Part shown: positions 18,622-27,559 of the stretch, in pieces
Numbering within the stretch: position 1 is the stretch's first letter
Layout of the letters: each line of letters starts with the position of its first letter
Source of the DNA: Acutalibacteraceae bacterium
GTDB taxonomy: Bacteria > Bacillota > Clostridia > Oscillospirales > Acutalibacteraceae
Direction of reading: 5' to 3'
NCBI GenBank assembly: GCA_045128715.1
Contig: JBGVRU010000017.1
Coordinates: forward strand, 18,909 to 82,908
Length of the DNA stretch: 64,000 bases
Program-made: the position numbers and the translations under genes
The notes under the pieces: model-generated
What the model was told of the DNA's origin: nothing
The model's database searches: none
The model's input: only the letters and a program-made list of their open reading frames with translations

Positions 18622-18660
18622 TGACACAGCTTCCTTACGAGGTGTGTCATGTTTTATTTT
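18622..18660 (+). terminator. rho-independent terminator after ruvX
   Basis: TGACACA / TGTGTCA stem followed by TGTTTTATTTT. Confidence 0.6.
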
Positions 18661-18753
18661 GAACTTTGGTATTGATATTGTCTATGGTAGTTTGAAAGAC
18701 AATATAATGTTTCATTCTTAAAAGAAACAGAAAAAATTAGAAAAACACATAAT

Positions 18754-18789
18754 AAAACCCCTTATTTAGCTAAAAAATAAGGGGTTTTA
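18754..18789 (-). terminator. terminator downstream of larA
   Basis: AAAACCCCTTATT / AATAAGGGGTTTT 13-bp stem flanked by A/T runs. Confidence 0.7.
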
Positions 18790-18815
18790 TTAGTTTATAG
18801 CTTTAATAATTAGAT

Positions 18816-20093
18816 TTAATTTTTAACTATTACCGAAACACCGTCGGGAATAGCAATAATTTTTACATCCTGCTTATTAAGTATTTTCCTTGCTTTATTT
18901 AAAGCCTCTTCAATACTGTGAGCCGGAATCAAATGCATAGCTTCAATCAAACTGTCTGGTAATTCAGAAACATATATTACAGTTGCCTTCAATAGAATTC
19001 TTAAAAGTATCTGTGCTTCCCACTGATCAGGAAGTGTTTCATGCCTGCCACGCTTTAAAATATCCGACATACTTTTAGCAATATCCTTTTCATAGGCTAC
19101 CTGATTATAAAAATGGTCACCGCCAGTGCCGTCAAGAGAAGCTGCAAGCATAATTATAACGCCACCTTTTTTAACAGTGGCTTCAGCGGCGGTCATTCCC
19201 TTTACAGCTTGATAAATATTTTGGTCAAGAGGATATCCGCCGTTAGTTGATATTGCAATATCTGATTCGATCGCATCAACACTGCAAAGCTTTGAAAGAA
19301 AATCAGTACCCGCTTTATGCGCCATTTCAGGATCGCCTGCAGCAGCAAACAAAACTTCTTTTTCAGCATTAAGAACTACGTTTACTATAAATTTAAGCTT
19401 TGCGGTTTTTGCAGCCCAAAGCATATCCTTGTGTACAGGGTTATTTTCAAGAATTCCCGTACGTGCGTTTGGACTGTTTAAAAATTCCGAACAATGATTA
19501 CACATAACAGTGGGGCGGCTTGCAATGCCAGGTAATACACTTTTTCTCCCACCTGAAAAACCCGCAAAGAAATGTGGTTCTATAAATCCTTCAGAAATCA
19601 GCAGATCAGCTTCAATAGCTATAGAATTGATTTCACAGTCGCCACCTGAGGGGAGTTTGCCAATATTTACAAGCTTTTCGCGTTCATCACAATCGTGTAT
19701 GTAAATTTTTTCATTTTCAACGATTTGCTCACCAAATTTGGCTTTAAGCTCTTCCCTTGTGGTACCTCTGTGGCAGCCTGTGGCTATTAGTATGGTGATT
19801 TGGGCATTAGGGTTAGTGCTTCTAATCTCATCAAGCATAGCCGGTATTATCACCTTGCTAGGCACAGGACGTGTATGGTCACTTGCAATAATTACAATTT
19901 TATTTTTTTTACGCGCTAACTCTGATAGCCTTTCAGAACCAATGGGATTTTTTAAGGCTTCACGCACCAACTCTTCGCCATTTAGTTCTTCTTTATATTC
20001 ATTTATTGCGGAGGTAAGAACTCCTGAAAGCTCATTCTCATTAAAATCATAACTCAGATTAGATTTACCGTACGGAAACATTATTTCTTTCAA
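18816..20093 (-). CDS. larA: nickel-pincer-dependent lactate racemase family protein (LarA / DUF2088)
   Basis: 425 aa; IIASDHTRP and IATGCHRG motifs and an overall LarA-like layout. Confidence 0.75.
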   Translation of the reverse strand: MKEIMFPYGKSNLSYDFNENELSGVLTSAINEYKEELNGEELVREALKNPIGSERLSELARKKNKIVIIASDHTRPVPSKVIIPAMLDEIRSTNPNAQITILIATGCHRGTTREELKAKFGEQIVENEKIYIHDCDEREKLVNIGKLPSGGDCEINSIAIEADLLISEGFIEPHFFAGFSGGRKSVLPGIASRPTVMCNHCSEFLNSPNARTGILENNPVHKDMLWAAKTAKLKFIVNVVLNAEKEVLFAAAGDPEMAHKAGTDFLSKLCSVDAIESDIAISTNGGYPLDQNIYQAVKGMTAAEATVKKGGVIIMLAASLDGTGGDHFYNQVAYEKDIAKSMSDILKRGRHETLPDQWEAQILLRILLKATVIYVSELPDSLIEAMHLIPAHSIEEALNKARKILNKQDVKIIAIPDGVSVIVKN

Positions 20094-20094
20094 T

Positions 20095-20652
20095 TCACAT
20101 ATCTCCCTTGCAATTTCTCAATCGAATATTATGTATAACGTTCATAATCAATGGAATAAGTATCAACTGTAATATAATACCGGGTATAGCGTCCAAAAAT
20201 GCACCTGTAATAAAAGCAGTAATGGTAAATGCTTTATTGCCGATACCAAATAGAATTGACTTTACTATTCCCCAAATAATTCGTCCCACAACCATAGCTG
20301 ATATGAGACAAAAATACAAATATCCTATTCTTTTCTTTTTTGAGCGTGCATACAAAAATCCAATTACGAAACCGTAGGCTGATAATTCAAAAGCCATCCA
20401 TACAGCGTTTGGATAAATAGGCGGCATTGAAAATATTAAAGAACGCAGAAATGGCATCATAAATCCTACCGTAAATCCGTACTGCCAACCACATAAAAGA
20501 CCGCAAAGCATAACTGGAATATGCATAGGCAGTAATGTATCACCTATTTCCTTGATTTGACCTGTCAAAAAAGGTAAAATAATGCCTATTGCCAAAAAAA
20601 GTGCTGAGATTATCAGTTTGCTTAAATTTTTGTTTTTTACAAGTATTGCCAT
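20095..20652 (-). CDS. ECF-transporter S-component-like membrane protein (substrate unknown)
   Basis: About 185 aa, 5-6 TM segments, LLPMHIPVMLCGLLCGWQYGFTVGFMMPFL motif. Start placed at ATG 20652 after RBS GAGG. Its stop lies 1 nt before the larA start. Confidence 0.5.
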   Translation of the reverse strand: MAILVKNKNLSKLIISALFLAIGIILPFLTGQIKEIGDTLLPMHIPVMLCGLLCGWQYGFTVGFMMPFLRSLIFSMPPIYPNAVWMAFELSAYGFVIGFLYARSKKKRIGYLYFCLISAMVVGRIIWGIVKSILFGIGNKAFTITAFITGAFLDAIPGIILQLILIPLIMNVIHNIRLRNCKGDM

Positions 20653-20806
20653 ATTATACCTCAAAGTTTTTTATGCTTAATATTATATCACATAAAAAGC
20701 ATAATGTAAATAGTTAGCTTACTAAGAAATTTTGTTGACTTGCTATGATATTAGATGTAAAATAAAATTCAGTAGAATTTTTGATTAGTATGGATGTGAT
20801 AAAACA

Positions 20807-22528
20807 GTGAGAATAATAATTAGATATTTAAGGGAATTTTATGGGCGGATGACTTTAGGTTTTGTAATTAAAACAGTTGCCACTGTTGCTGAACTGATGT
20901 TACCTTATATTCTTACTCACATTCTAAAGGATGTTATGGGAAGAAAAATAACAGACATTATCCTTTGGGGCTCTCTTATGATAGTCTGCTCCGCAATAGC
21001 AGGTATATTTAACGTTATAGCTAACAGAATAGCCGCACTTGTATCGCGGAATTTTGCAGAAAATATGCGCCGTGATTTATTTTATAAAACACTTAGCCTT
21101 TCAGCGGCACAGACGGATAAATTCACAATACCCTCACTTGAATCCCGTATCACTACTGATACATATAATGTTCACGGCTTTATCAATATGATTCAGCGTA
21201 TGGGTGTACGCGCACCTATTATGCTAATAGGCGGTATTGCAATTACCCTGTTTATGGATATGCATCTTTCACTTGTAATGATTGCTATGCTTCCGCTTAT
21301 ATTTGTAACGATTTATTTTATCAGAAAAAATGGTGTGCCGCTTTATACTAAAGTTCAGCACTCTGTTGATGATATGATTAGAGTGGTTCGTGAGGATGCT
21401 CAAGGTATCCGTGTAATTAAAGCACTTTCAAAAATTGATTATGAGCACCGACGCTATGATAAAGCAAATAAATCTCTTGTTAAGGATGAAACAAAAGCAG
21501 GTATTATAATGGGTAGTGTTCATCCCGTAATGACCTTATTTATGAATATGGGAAGTGTGGCTGTTATTGCAATAGGCGCGGCAAGAATTTCCAACTCCCT
21601 TTCAGAGCCCGAAACCGTAATTGCTTTTATGCAGTATTTTACCCAAATTTCAATGGCAATGATGGCAGTCACACGTATGTTTGTAATGTACACGAAAAGC
21701 TCAGCCTCTGCACGCAGAATTTCAGAGGTGCTCTGCACAGAAGAAGATATTACCGTAAAAACAAAAACAGAATATCCCGATAAACCGACCGATGCCCATA
21801 TATTGTTTGATGGTGTTACATTTTCATATAACGGGAAACGCAATAATTTAGAAAATATAAGCTTTTGTATACCAAAGGGCGGCTCACTTGGTATAATCGG
21901 CGCTACGGGTTCCGGTAAATCGACCGTAATTCAGCTTTTGCTCCGTTTTTACGATACTGATGAAGGTGGTATTTATATAAACGGCGAGAATATTCGTACT
22001 ATGGAAAAGGAAAAGCTATATCAAATGTTCGGCTCTGCCCTTCAGCAGGACTTCTTGTATGCTGATACTATTGAGGAAAATATCCGTTTCGGTCGAGATA
22101 TTTCTGATGAGTATATAAGAGAGGCTGCAAAAATAGCACAAGCAGACGGATTTATAAGCAGCTTCCCTGATGGTTACAACCATCTGCTCTCTCCACATGG
22201 AACCAATATTTCGGGCGGACAAAAACAGCGTGTTTTAATATCCCGTGCTATAGCCGCAAAACCTGATATTCTTATCCTTGATGACAGTTCCTCTGCACTT
22301 GATTATAAAACTGACTCAGCACTAAGACGAGCTCTAAATGAGTGTATGAGTGACACCACCGTTGTGACTGTTGCTCAAAGAGTTAGCTCTGTTAAAAATT
22401 GCGGTCTGATTATAGTTCTTGAGGACGGTAAAATAATCGGAATGGGATCTCATGCTGAATTACTTGAAAGTTGTGTTGAGTACCGTGAGATAAGCGATTC
22501 TCAGATGGGAGGTGCAATAGTTGAGTAA
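20807..22528 (+). CDS. ABC transporter ATP-binding/permease protein (exporter half-transporter)
   Basis: N-terminal 6-TM domain; Walker A GATGSGKST, signature ISGGQKQR, Walker B ILILDDSSSALD. Confidence 0.85.
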   Translation: MRIIIRYLREFYGRMTLGFVIKTVATVAELMLPYILTHILKDVMGRKITDIILWGSLMIVCSAIAGIFNVIANRIAALVSRNFAENMRRDLFYKTLSLSAAQTDKFTIPSLESRITTDTYNVHGFINMIQRMGVRAPIMLIGGIAITLFMDMHLSLVMIAMLPLIFVTIYFIRKNGVPLYTKVQHSVDDMIRVVREDAQGIRVIKALSKIDYEHRRYDKANKSLVKDETKAGIIMGSVHPVMTLFMNMGSVAVIAIGAARISNSLSEPETVIAFMQYFTQISMAMMAVTRMFVMYTKSSASARRISEVLCTEEDITVKTKTEYPDKPTDAHILFDGVTFSYNGKRNNLENISFCIPKGGSLGIIGATGSGKSTVIQLLLRFYDTDEGGIYINGENIRTMEKEKLYQMFGSALQQDFLYADTIEENIRFGRDISDEYIREAAKIAQADGFISSFPDGYNHLLSPHGTNISGGQKQRVLISRAIAAKPDILILDDSSSALDYKTDSALRRALNECMSDTTVVTVAQRVSSVKNCGLIIVLEDGKIIGMGSHAELLESCVEYREISDSQMGGAIVE

Positions 22529-24323
22529 ACAAGAAAAAACAAAAAAGCTTGACAGAAAAACCGTAAAAAGCATCTTTTTGCGTCTTTGCACCTATATATT
22601 AAATTACTGGTATCTGTTTATTCCAGCTGTAATTTTAACCTTTATATCAAATCAGCTATCTCTATTAGGTCCTAAATATTCCGGAGATGCTATTGATGCT
22701 TTAGCGGCTGTAGGAGGCGTTGATTTCGATTCGGTATGGTATAATGTAGTTAAAATGATTATTTGCTATGCTTTATCATCTGTACTGTCCTACATTTTGG
22801 CAACGCTGATGATATTTATGAGTCAAAAAATAGTTTACACTATGCGACGCCAGCTTTTTGAAAAATTGACTTCGCTGCCTGTAGGTTATTTTGATACCCA
22901 CCCCACAGGAGATATTATAAGCCATATTTCCTATGATATTGATACCATTAACAGTTCCCTTTCTCACGACCTTGTACAGATAATGACAAGTATATATACC
23001 GTTATCGGTTCACTGATATTTATGTGGAATATTTCAAAACCGTTGATTATTGTGTTTGCCATAACTGTACCTACTTCAATATTGTTTACTAGATTTCACT
23101 CAAAACGTGTCCGTCCTCTCTTTCGCGCACGTTCCAAAAAGCTAGGTGAGCTTAACGGCTATGCCGAAGAAATGCTTTCTGGCTGCCGCACTATTAAAGC
23201 TTATGTCCGTGAGGATGAAATAGGACGACGCTTTAATAAACGAAACACCGACTCTATGAATGCATATTACAAGGCTGACTATTATGGTTGTACAATGGGT
23301 CCTACAGTGAACTTTATAAACAATCTTTCAATCTCACTTATAATGATACTGGGCGGAATACTTTATCTTTATTCCCAAAACGGTATTGCTAAAGCAGGCT
23401 CACTGTTTTTTATAACGCTAGGCGGTGTTTCTCAGTTCGTGCAGTACTCACGCAAATTTGCAGGCCCAATAAACGAATTTGCAAATATTATTAATGAATT
23501 GCAGTCTGCGTTCTCTGCCGCTGAGCGTGTATTCAAAATTATTGATGAAGAACCTGAGCATAAAGATTCCCAAAATGCTGTTGTTATTGAAAATATTAAG
23601 GGTGAGGTTGAGTTTGAAAATGTCGTTTTCGGTTATACGCCAGATAAAACAATTCTCAAAAGCATATCATTTGCTGTAAAGCCAGGTAAAACTATTGCGA
23701 TTGTAGGTCCCACAGGAGCCGGAAAAACCACAATAATTAATCTGCTTATGCGATTTTACGATGCAAACGACGGCAGTATAACGGTCGATGGCACTGAATC
23801 AAAAAAAATAATCCGAAAATCGCTCCGTCAGGCTTATACGATGGTGCTTCAGGATACCTGGCTATTTTGCGGTTCTATATATGACAATATCGCTTACGGC
23901 AGAGAAAACGCAACTGAGGAAGAAATAAAAGTCGCCGCGCGCGCTGCTCGCATAGATAAATATATTGAATCTTTGCCAGACGGTTACAATACGCTTCTTA
24001 CTGATGACGGCATTAATATTTCAAAGGGTCAACGTCAGCTTATAACAATTGCCCGTGCTATGATAGCTAATTCTCAAATGCTGATTCTTGACGAAGCTAC
24101 ATCAAATGTTGATTCTAAAACAGAGATGAAAATACAGGAAGCTATGGCAGAGCTGATGAAAGGTCGTACCTGCTTTGTTATAGCTCACAGACTTTCAACC
24201 ATTCAGAATGCCGATCTAATTATTGTTATTCAGGACGGAAAAATCACCGAAAGCGGAAACCACCAAGAGTTGATGCAAAAGAACGGATTTTACAGCACAC
24301 TTTATAATTCTCAGTTTAATTAA
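22521..24323 (+). CDS. ABC transporter ATP-binding/permease protein (partner half-transporter)
   Basis: Walker A GPTGAGKTT, signature ISKGQRQL, Walker B MLILDEATSNVD. Overlaps the upstream partner by 8 nt. Confidence 0.85.
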   Translation: MSKQEKTKKLDRKTVKSIFLRLCTYILNYWYLFIPAVILTFISNQLSLLGPKYSGDAIDALAAVGGVDFDSVWYNVVKMIICYALSSVLSYILATLMIFMSQKIVYTMRRQLFEKLTSLPVGYFDTHPTGDIISHISYDIDTINSSLSHDLVQIMTSIYTVIGSLIFMWNISKPLIIVFAITVPTSILFTRFHSKRVRPLFRARSKKLGELNGYAEEMLSGCRTIKAYVREDEIGRRFNKRNTDSMNAYYKADYYGCTMGPTVNFINNLSISLIMILGGILYLYSQNGIAKAGSLFFITLGGVSQFVQYSRKFAGPINEFANIINELQSAFSAAERVFKIIDEEPEHKDSQNAVVIENIKGEVEFENVVFGYTPDKTILKSISFAVKPGKTIAIVGPTGAGKTTIINLLMRFYDANDGSITVDGTESKKIIRKSLRQAYTMVLQDTWLFCGSIYDNIAYGRENATEEEIKVAARAARIDKYIESLPDGYNTLLTDDGINISKGQRQLITIARAMIANSQMLILDEATSNVDSKTEMKIQEAMAELMKGRTCFVIAHRLSTIQNADLIIVIQDGKITESGNHQELMQKNGFYSTLYNSQFN

Positions 24324-24330
24324 AAATACA

Positions 24331-24363
24331 AAACCGAAATACTAAATTAGTATTTCGGTTTTT
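24331..24363 (+). terminator. rho-independent terminator after the ABC operon
   Basis: AAACCGAAATACT / AGTATTTCGGTTT stem followed by a T-run. Confidence 0.75.
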
Positions 24364-24383
24364 ACTATTGACAGTGACAAAGT

Positions 24384-24428
24384 AAAAAGGGGCTGTCTCA
24401 CTAAGAAAAAGTGAGGCAGCCCCTTTTT
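24384..24428. terminator. strong bidirectional hairpin; on the minus strand it directly follows the partial tRNA-Lys 3'-end copy
   Basis: AAAAAGGGGCTGTCTCAC / GTGAGGCAGCCCCTTTTT, an 18-bp stem with one mismatch and U-runs on both strands. Confidence 0.7.
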
Positions 24429-24447
24429 CTGGTGATCCATCGGGGAT
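24426..24447 (-). repeat. 22-nt exact direct repeat of the tRNA-Lys 3' end plus its downstream junction (second copy at 24639-24660)
   Basis: TTTCTGGTGATCCATCGGGGAT occurs at both positions. The copy at 24639-24660 spans the acceptor/T-stem 3' end of the intact tRNA-Lys. Confidence 0.85.
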
Positions 24448-24604
24448 GAATCCGCTTCGCGTTTTCTCTGCTTGACGACCGTTTGCTTTGCAAACAGTAC
24501 CCGTCTTCGCACCGCTACGCTACAAAACAGTTCACCGAACTGTTTTGCTTAACGCTTTGCGCCCTCTCAGGGTTCGAATCCCCTCTTATACTTTTCACAA
24601 AATT

Positions 24605-24640
24605 AAAAAACCTGAAACAACCAAAAGGCCATTTCAGGTT
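24605..24640 (-). terminator. rho-independent terminator after tRNA-Lys
   Basis: Minus-strand AACCTGAAA / TTTCAGGTT stem followed by TTTTTT. Confidence 0.7.
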
Positions 24641-24642
24641 TC

Positions 24643-24718
24643 TGGTGATCCATCGGGGATTCGAACCCCGGACACCTTGATTAAAAGTCAAGTGCTCTGC
24701 CAACTGAGCTAATGAATC
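24643..24718 (-). tRNA. tRNA-Lys (anticodon UUU), CCA encoded
   Basis: Reverse complement reads GATTCAT-TA-GCTCAGTTGGCAGAGC-A-CTTGA-CTTTTAA-TCAAG-GTGTC-CGGGG-TTCGAAT-CCCCG-ATGGATC-A-CCA. Confidence 0.9.
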
Positions 24719-24748
24719 AAATGCTACCTTGAATTTGACAGCTTAAAC

Positions 24749-24777
24749 ATTATATCAAGAGTGTTCCCCAATGTCAA
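24749..24777 (-). promoter_or_regulatory. promoter of tRNA-Lys (TTGACA-17-TATAAT on the minus strand)
   Basis: Reverse complement reads TTGACA ttggggaacactcttga TATAAT, about 30 nt upstream of the tRNA. Confidence 0.65.
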
Positions 24778-24793
24778 TAGAAAGTTTCATTTT

Positions 24794-25069
24794 TTAGGAA
24801 AAAATTTTCAAAAACAGTAATATTACAGTTACTTGAAGCATAATTACAATAGGTAATCCTATCATAAATTTATTATGCTTGGTTTTATGGCGGATTATTT
24901 GCATTGTAATATACATTAAAACGCCGCCACCTAATATACTTAACAGCATTAATGTTTTTTCGCTTATACGTCTGTTGCCGTAAATCGCACTCAATTTATC
25001 AATAATGCAAACAATTGCTGACATGATATTCACGAATATTATGTAAACCAAAAAGCAAGTATAAAGCAT
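24794..25069 (-). CDS. DUF1294 domain membrane protein
   Basis: DKLSAIYGNRRISEKTLMLLSILGGGVLMYITMQIIRHKTKHNKF matches the DUF1294 core. Start placed at ATG 25069 after RBS AAGGAGA; the track ORF extends to 25138. Confidence 0.7.
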   Translation of the reverse strand: MLYTCFLVYIIFVNIMSAIVCIIDKLSAIYGNRRISEKTLMLLSILGGGVLMYITMQIIRHKTKHNKFMIGLPIVIMLQVTVILLFLKIFS

Positions 25070-25121
25070 ATCACGCTTCTCCTTAAAATTAATGAGTTGA
25101 TTTTCATTAATTTTAACATTT

Positions 25122-25814
25122 TTAAATTGCTTTTTCAATCTGTTTTTTTAGCTTGCATATTATCCTTTTTTCAAGTCTTGAAATATATGACTGTGAAATA
25201 CCTAAGGTATCCGCAACTTCCTTTTGGGTATATTCCTCATAACCGTTCATACCGAAACGCATTTCCATTATCTGCTTTTCTCTTGCAGGCAATTGATTAA
25301 CAAATCCGTTCAGCTGACAGCGCTCATCTTCAATCTCGACTCCCCTGCCTATTTCATCACCGTCGCTACCTAAAATATCAGATAATAGCAGTTCATTTCC
25401 GTCCCAATCTATATTAAGAGGTTCATCAATGGAAATTTCGTTTTTTTGTGTGGAAATTTTTCTTAAATACATTAAAATTTCGTTTTCAATACATCGTGAA
25501 GCATAAGTAGCAAGCTTGATATTACGGTCGCTGCAAAATGTGTTTACAGCTTTTATCAGACCAATTGTGCCAATTGAAATCAAATCTTCAATATTTATTC
25601 CCACAGAATCGAATTTTCTTGCTATATATACTACAAGCCGCAGATTGTGTACTATGAGCTTATCTCTTGATTTATCGGTATTTTCCGCAATCAGCTCCCT
25701 CTCCTCTTCCTGAGAAAGCGGTGGTGGCAATATTTCAGGTCCGTTTATATAATAAATAGGTTTGATTAAACCTATTTTAAGGAAAAGCCTATAAACTAAA
25801 TTAAAAAATTTCAT
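25122..25814 (-). CDS. sigE: sporulation sigma factor SigE (pro-sigma-E)
   Basis: Pro-sequence ending [14 protein letters not shown]; regions 2-4 ([32 protein letters not shown]); located directly downstream of spoIIGA. Confidence 0.85.
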   Translation of the reverse strand: MKFFNLVYRLFLKIGLIKPIYYINGPEILPPPLSQEEERELIAENTDKSRDKLIVHNLRLVVYIARKFDSVGINIEDLISIGTIGLIKAVNTFCSDRNIKLATYASRCIENEILMYLRKISTQKNEISIDEPLNIDWDGNELLLSDILGSDGDEIGRGVEIEDERCQLNGFVNQLPAREKQIMEMRFGMNGYEEYTQKEVADTLGISQSYISRLEKRIICKLKKQIEKAI

Positions 25815-25829
25815 AATATTTACCGCCTC

Positions 25830-26669
25830 TTAATTAAAAATTTTAGGATTTACTATAGCTTCATACCCGTCACAGAGAGCTTCTTTAGAAATTGCGAGTA
25901 TAGGTTTTTTTATTGTAATATTACTGCTTTGGGTTTTAATATCTGCCCTTTCGCAGCGGTAACCATCTAAAGTATCCATTCCTGTAACTGTGGTGCACGG
26001 TACAACACGGTAACGCTTTTTTAAAGAATCATCTGTGCTAATATCTCTTTCTCCGAAAAGTGAATAGTATACCGATTTATCAGCAATTATTACTTCCGAT
26101 TTACCGAATATGTCTTCGATAGAATTACCGGTATCGATAATGGCATTTAAGCTGACCTTACTTTCCTCTGCAAACAACGTTATTTCGCATTTCTCCGCCG
26201 CTTTAGATGTGCCTGAAAAAATGCGGATCAAAGCTGTAAAGGTTAAATAAAATGCTACAGTTGAGCAAATTAATATCAGCGGTGATATATTAAAGTAAAC
26301 CACCGAGTTATTTATTATCATTCCGTCAGGTTTAAATATGTGCCAAACTGCTATCATAATTCCGGCATATAAACAGGTCACACAGAAGACCGTTCCGCTT
26401 GCTTTTAAAAAATACTTTAGACTTTTATAACCGAAGGACAATAAAGTCATTACAATGCAAATTACAAGCTTATACAGCAACTCAAAAATCACAGCTGATT
26501 GCGGTAAAAATATGTAAAGCGAGGATACACCCCCGAAAGCCGCTGATAAAATAATACGAATGATTTTAGCTTTTGAACAAAGAAATCGCTTTACTGCCAA
26601 AAGTAAAAAGTAATTTACTATTAAGTTAAGAATAATTAATATGTCAGCATAAACTACCAATATAATCAC
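25830..26669 (-). CDS. spoIIGA: sigma-E processing peptidase SpoIIGA
   Basis: Five N-terminal TM segments and the aspartic protease motif AIIDTGNS; adjacent to sigE. Confidence 0.85.
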   Translation of the reverse strand: MIILVVYADILIILNLIVNYFLLLAVKRFLCSKAKIIRIILSAAFGGVSSLYIFLPQSAVIFELLYKLVICIVMTLLSFGYKSLKYFLKASGTVFCVTCLYAGIMIAVWHIFKPDGMIINNSVVYFNISPLILICSTVAFYLTFTALIRIFSGTSKAAEKCEITLFAEESKVSLNAIIDTGNSIEDIFGKSEVIIADKSVYYSLFGERDISTDDSLKKRYRVVPCTTVTGMDTLDGYRCERADIKTQSSNITIKKPILAISKEALCDGYEAIVNPKIFN

Positions 26670-26760
26670 CGGTTATATTATACATTTTTAAAAATGAAAA
26701 AAAGGTCGATAAAAAAGGTATAAAAAAATTACTTATCTGATTTTTAATCGGATAAGTAAT

Positions 26761-27336
26761 TTAAATATGCATTAATTTTGAGAATGTGGAATAATCCTTA
26801 AGCTTACCTGTATATATAAGTTCTGTATTTGGTATGTTAAGGAAATGAATCGGCTGTGGTATATCCTCAAGGTTTTCACTGCCATCAATTTCAGACTTTA
26901 CCAAGACATCCTTTATAAACTCAGAACAATAAAAACGTTTTTTAGATTTAATAACAATCTTAAACCAAGCAAACAAAAGTCCCAAATAGTTATACCCAAA
27001 CTCGCTTTTATTTGAAACCATATAATCAATACGGTCACGAATAGCATTATATTTTTCTTCAGGAATTTCAAGGCTTATAATTTTAACCTTTGTATTCGTA
27101 AAACGTCTAAATGTACCGTGGTTGGGTGATTCTAAGACAAAACCGCCCCAAAATGGATTGTATGGATTTTTTCTGCCGAAAGAGTACATACATTGCAGGT
27201 CATCGGTAAGGCCTAAAGAAGCGTGGTTATATTCAGCACCTGTAATAACTTTAAGGATACGTGAAAGAATCGTGCCGGTTTGACTTATAACAATATATAT
27301 TTTTTTAATATTTTCCTCAACAGGCATATATGTCAC
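26761..27336 (-). CDS. permuted papain-like (NlpC/P60 superfamily, YiiX/C92-like) hypothetical protein
   Basis: His (EYNHASLG) precedes Cys (RFYCSEFI), as in permuted papain-fold enzymes. The assignment is tentative. Confidence 0.4.
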   Translation of the reverse strand: MTYMPVEENIKKIYIVISQTGTILSRILKVITGAEYNHASLGLTDDLQCMYSFGRKNPYNPFWGGFVLESPNHGTFRRFTNTKVKIISLEIPEEKYNAIRDRIDYMVSNKSEFGYNYLGLLFAWFKIVIKSKKRFYCSEFIKDVLVKSEIDGSENLEDIPQPIHFLNIPNTELIYTGKLKDYSTFSKLMHI

Positions 27337-27404
27337 TTCTTTTATGAATAAATTATTAATTTCTAATTATTATACTATATTTCGTATTATATTGCAAGTT
27401 TTTT

Positions 27405-27450
27405 GTAGTATTATATCTAAATGAAATGTAGTATTATATCTAAATGAAAA
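27405..27450 (+). repeat. tandem duplication, 2 x 23 bp (GTAGTATTATATCTAAATGAAAT/A)
   Basis: Copies at 27405-27427 and 27428-27450 differ only in the last base. A third partial GTATTATAT lies at about 27384. Confidence 0.85.
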
Positions 27451-27488
27451 ATATAAAGGAGAATTAATGCTTCTTTCTTTTTTGTGTG

Positions 27489-27517
27489 TTGAAGTTATGA
27501 TTAATTTATGATATAAT
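27489..27517 (+). promoter_or_regulatory. promoter of the ZIP transporter gene (TTGAAG-17-TATAAT)
   Basis: Hexamers at 27489-27494 and 27512-27517. Confidence 0.55.
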
Positions 27518-27559
27518 TACAGAAATAAAGCATATAATCGCGGTTTATAAGGAGTAATT

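Noticed and set aside
24500-24592. A plus-strand tRNA suggested by GGGTTCGAATCCCC at 24570-24583
   Set aside because: No acceptor stem, D-arm or 7-nt anticodon loop can be built around it. The T-stem itself pairs only 3 bp. I treat it as a tRNA fragment.
24483-24712. Track ORFs 24483-24680, 24488-24712 and 24515-24703
   Set aside because: They lie over the tRNA-Lys gene, its terminator and the tRNA-fragment region. They overlap each other in several frames and have no RBS.
24330-24800. Intact prophage or genomic island at tRNA-Lys
   Set aside because: The direct repeats are only about 190 bp apart. No integrase, excisionase or phage genes occur on either side within the window.
26670-26760. 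Spo0A boxes upstream of spoIIGA
   Set aside because: There is only a 5/7 match (GGTCGAT versus TGTCGAA), and the -35/-10 assignment is ambiguous. This is not enough to call.
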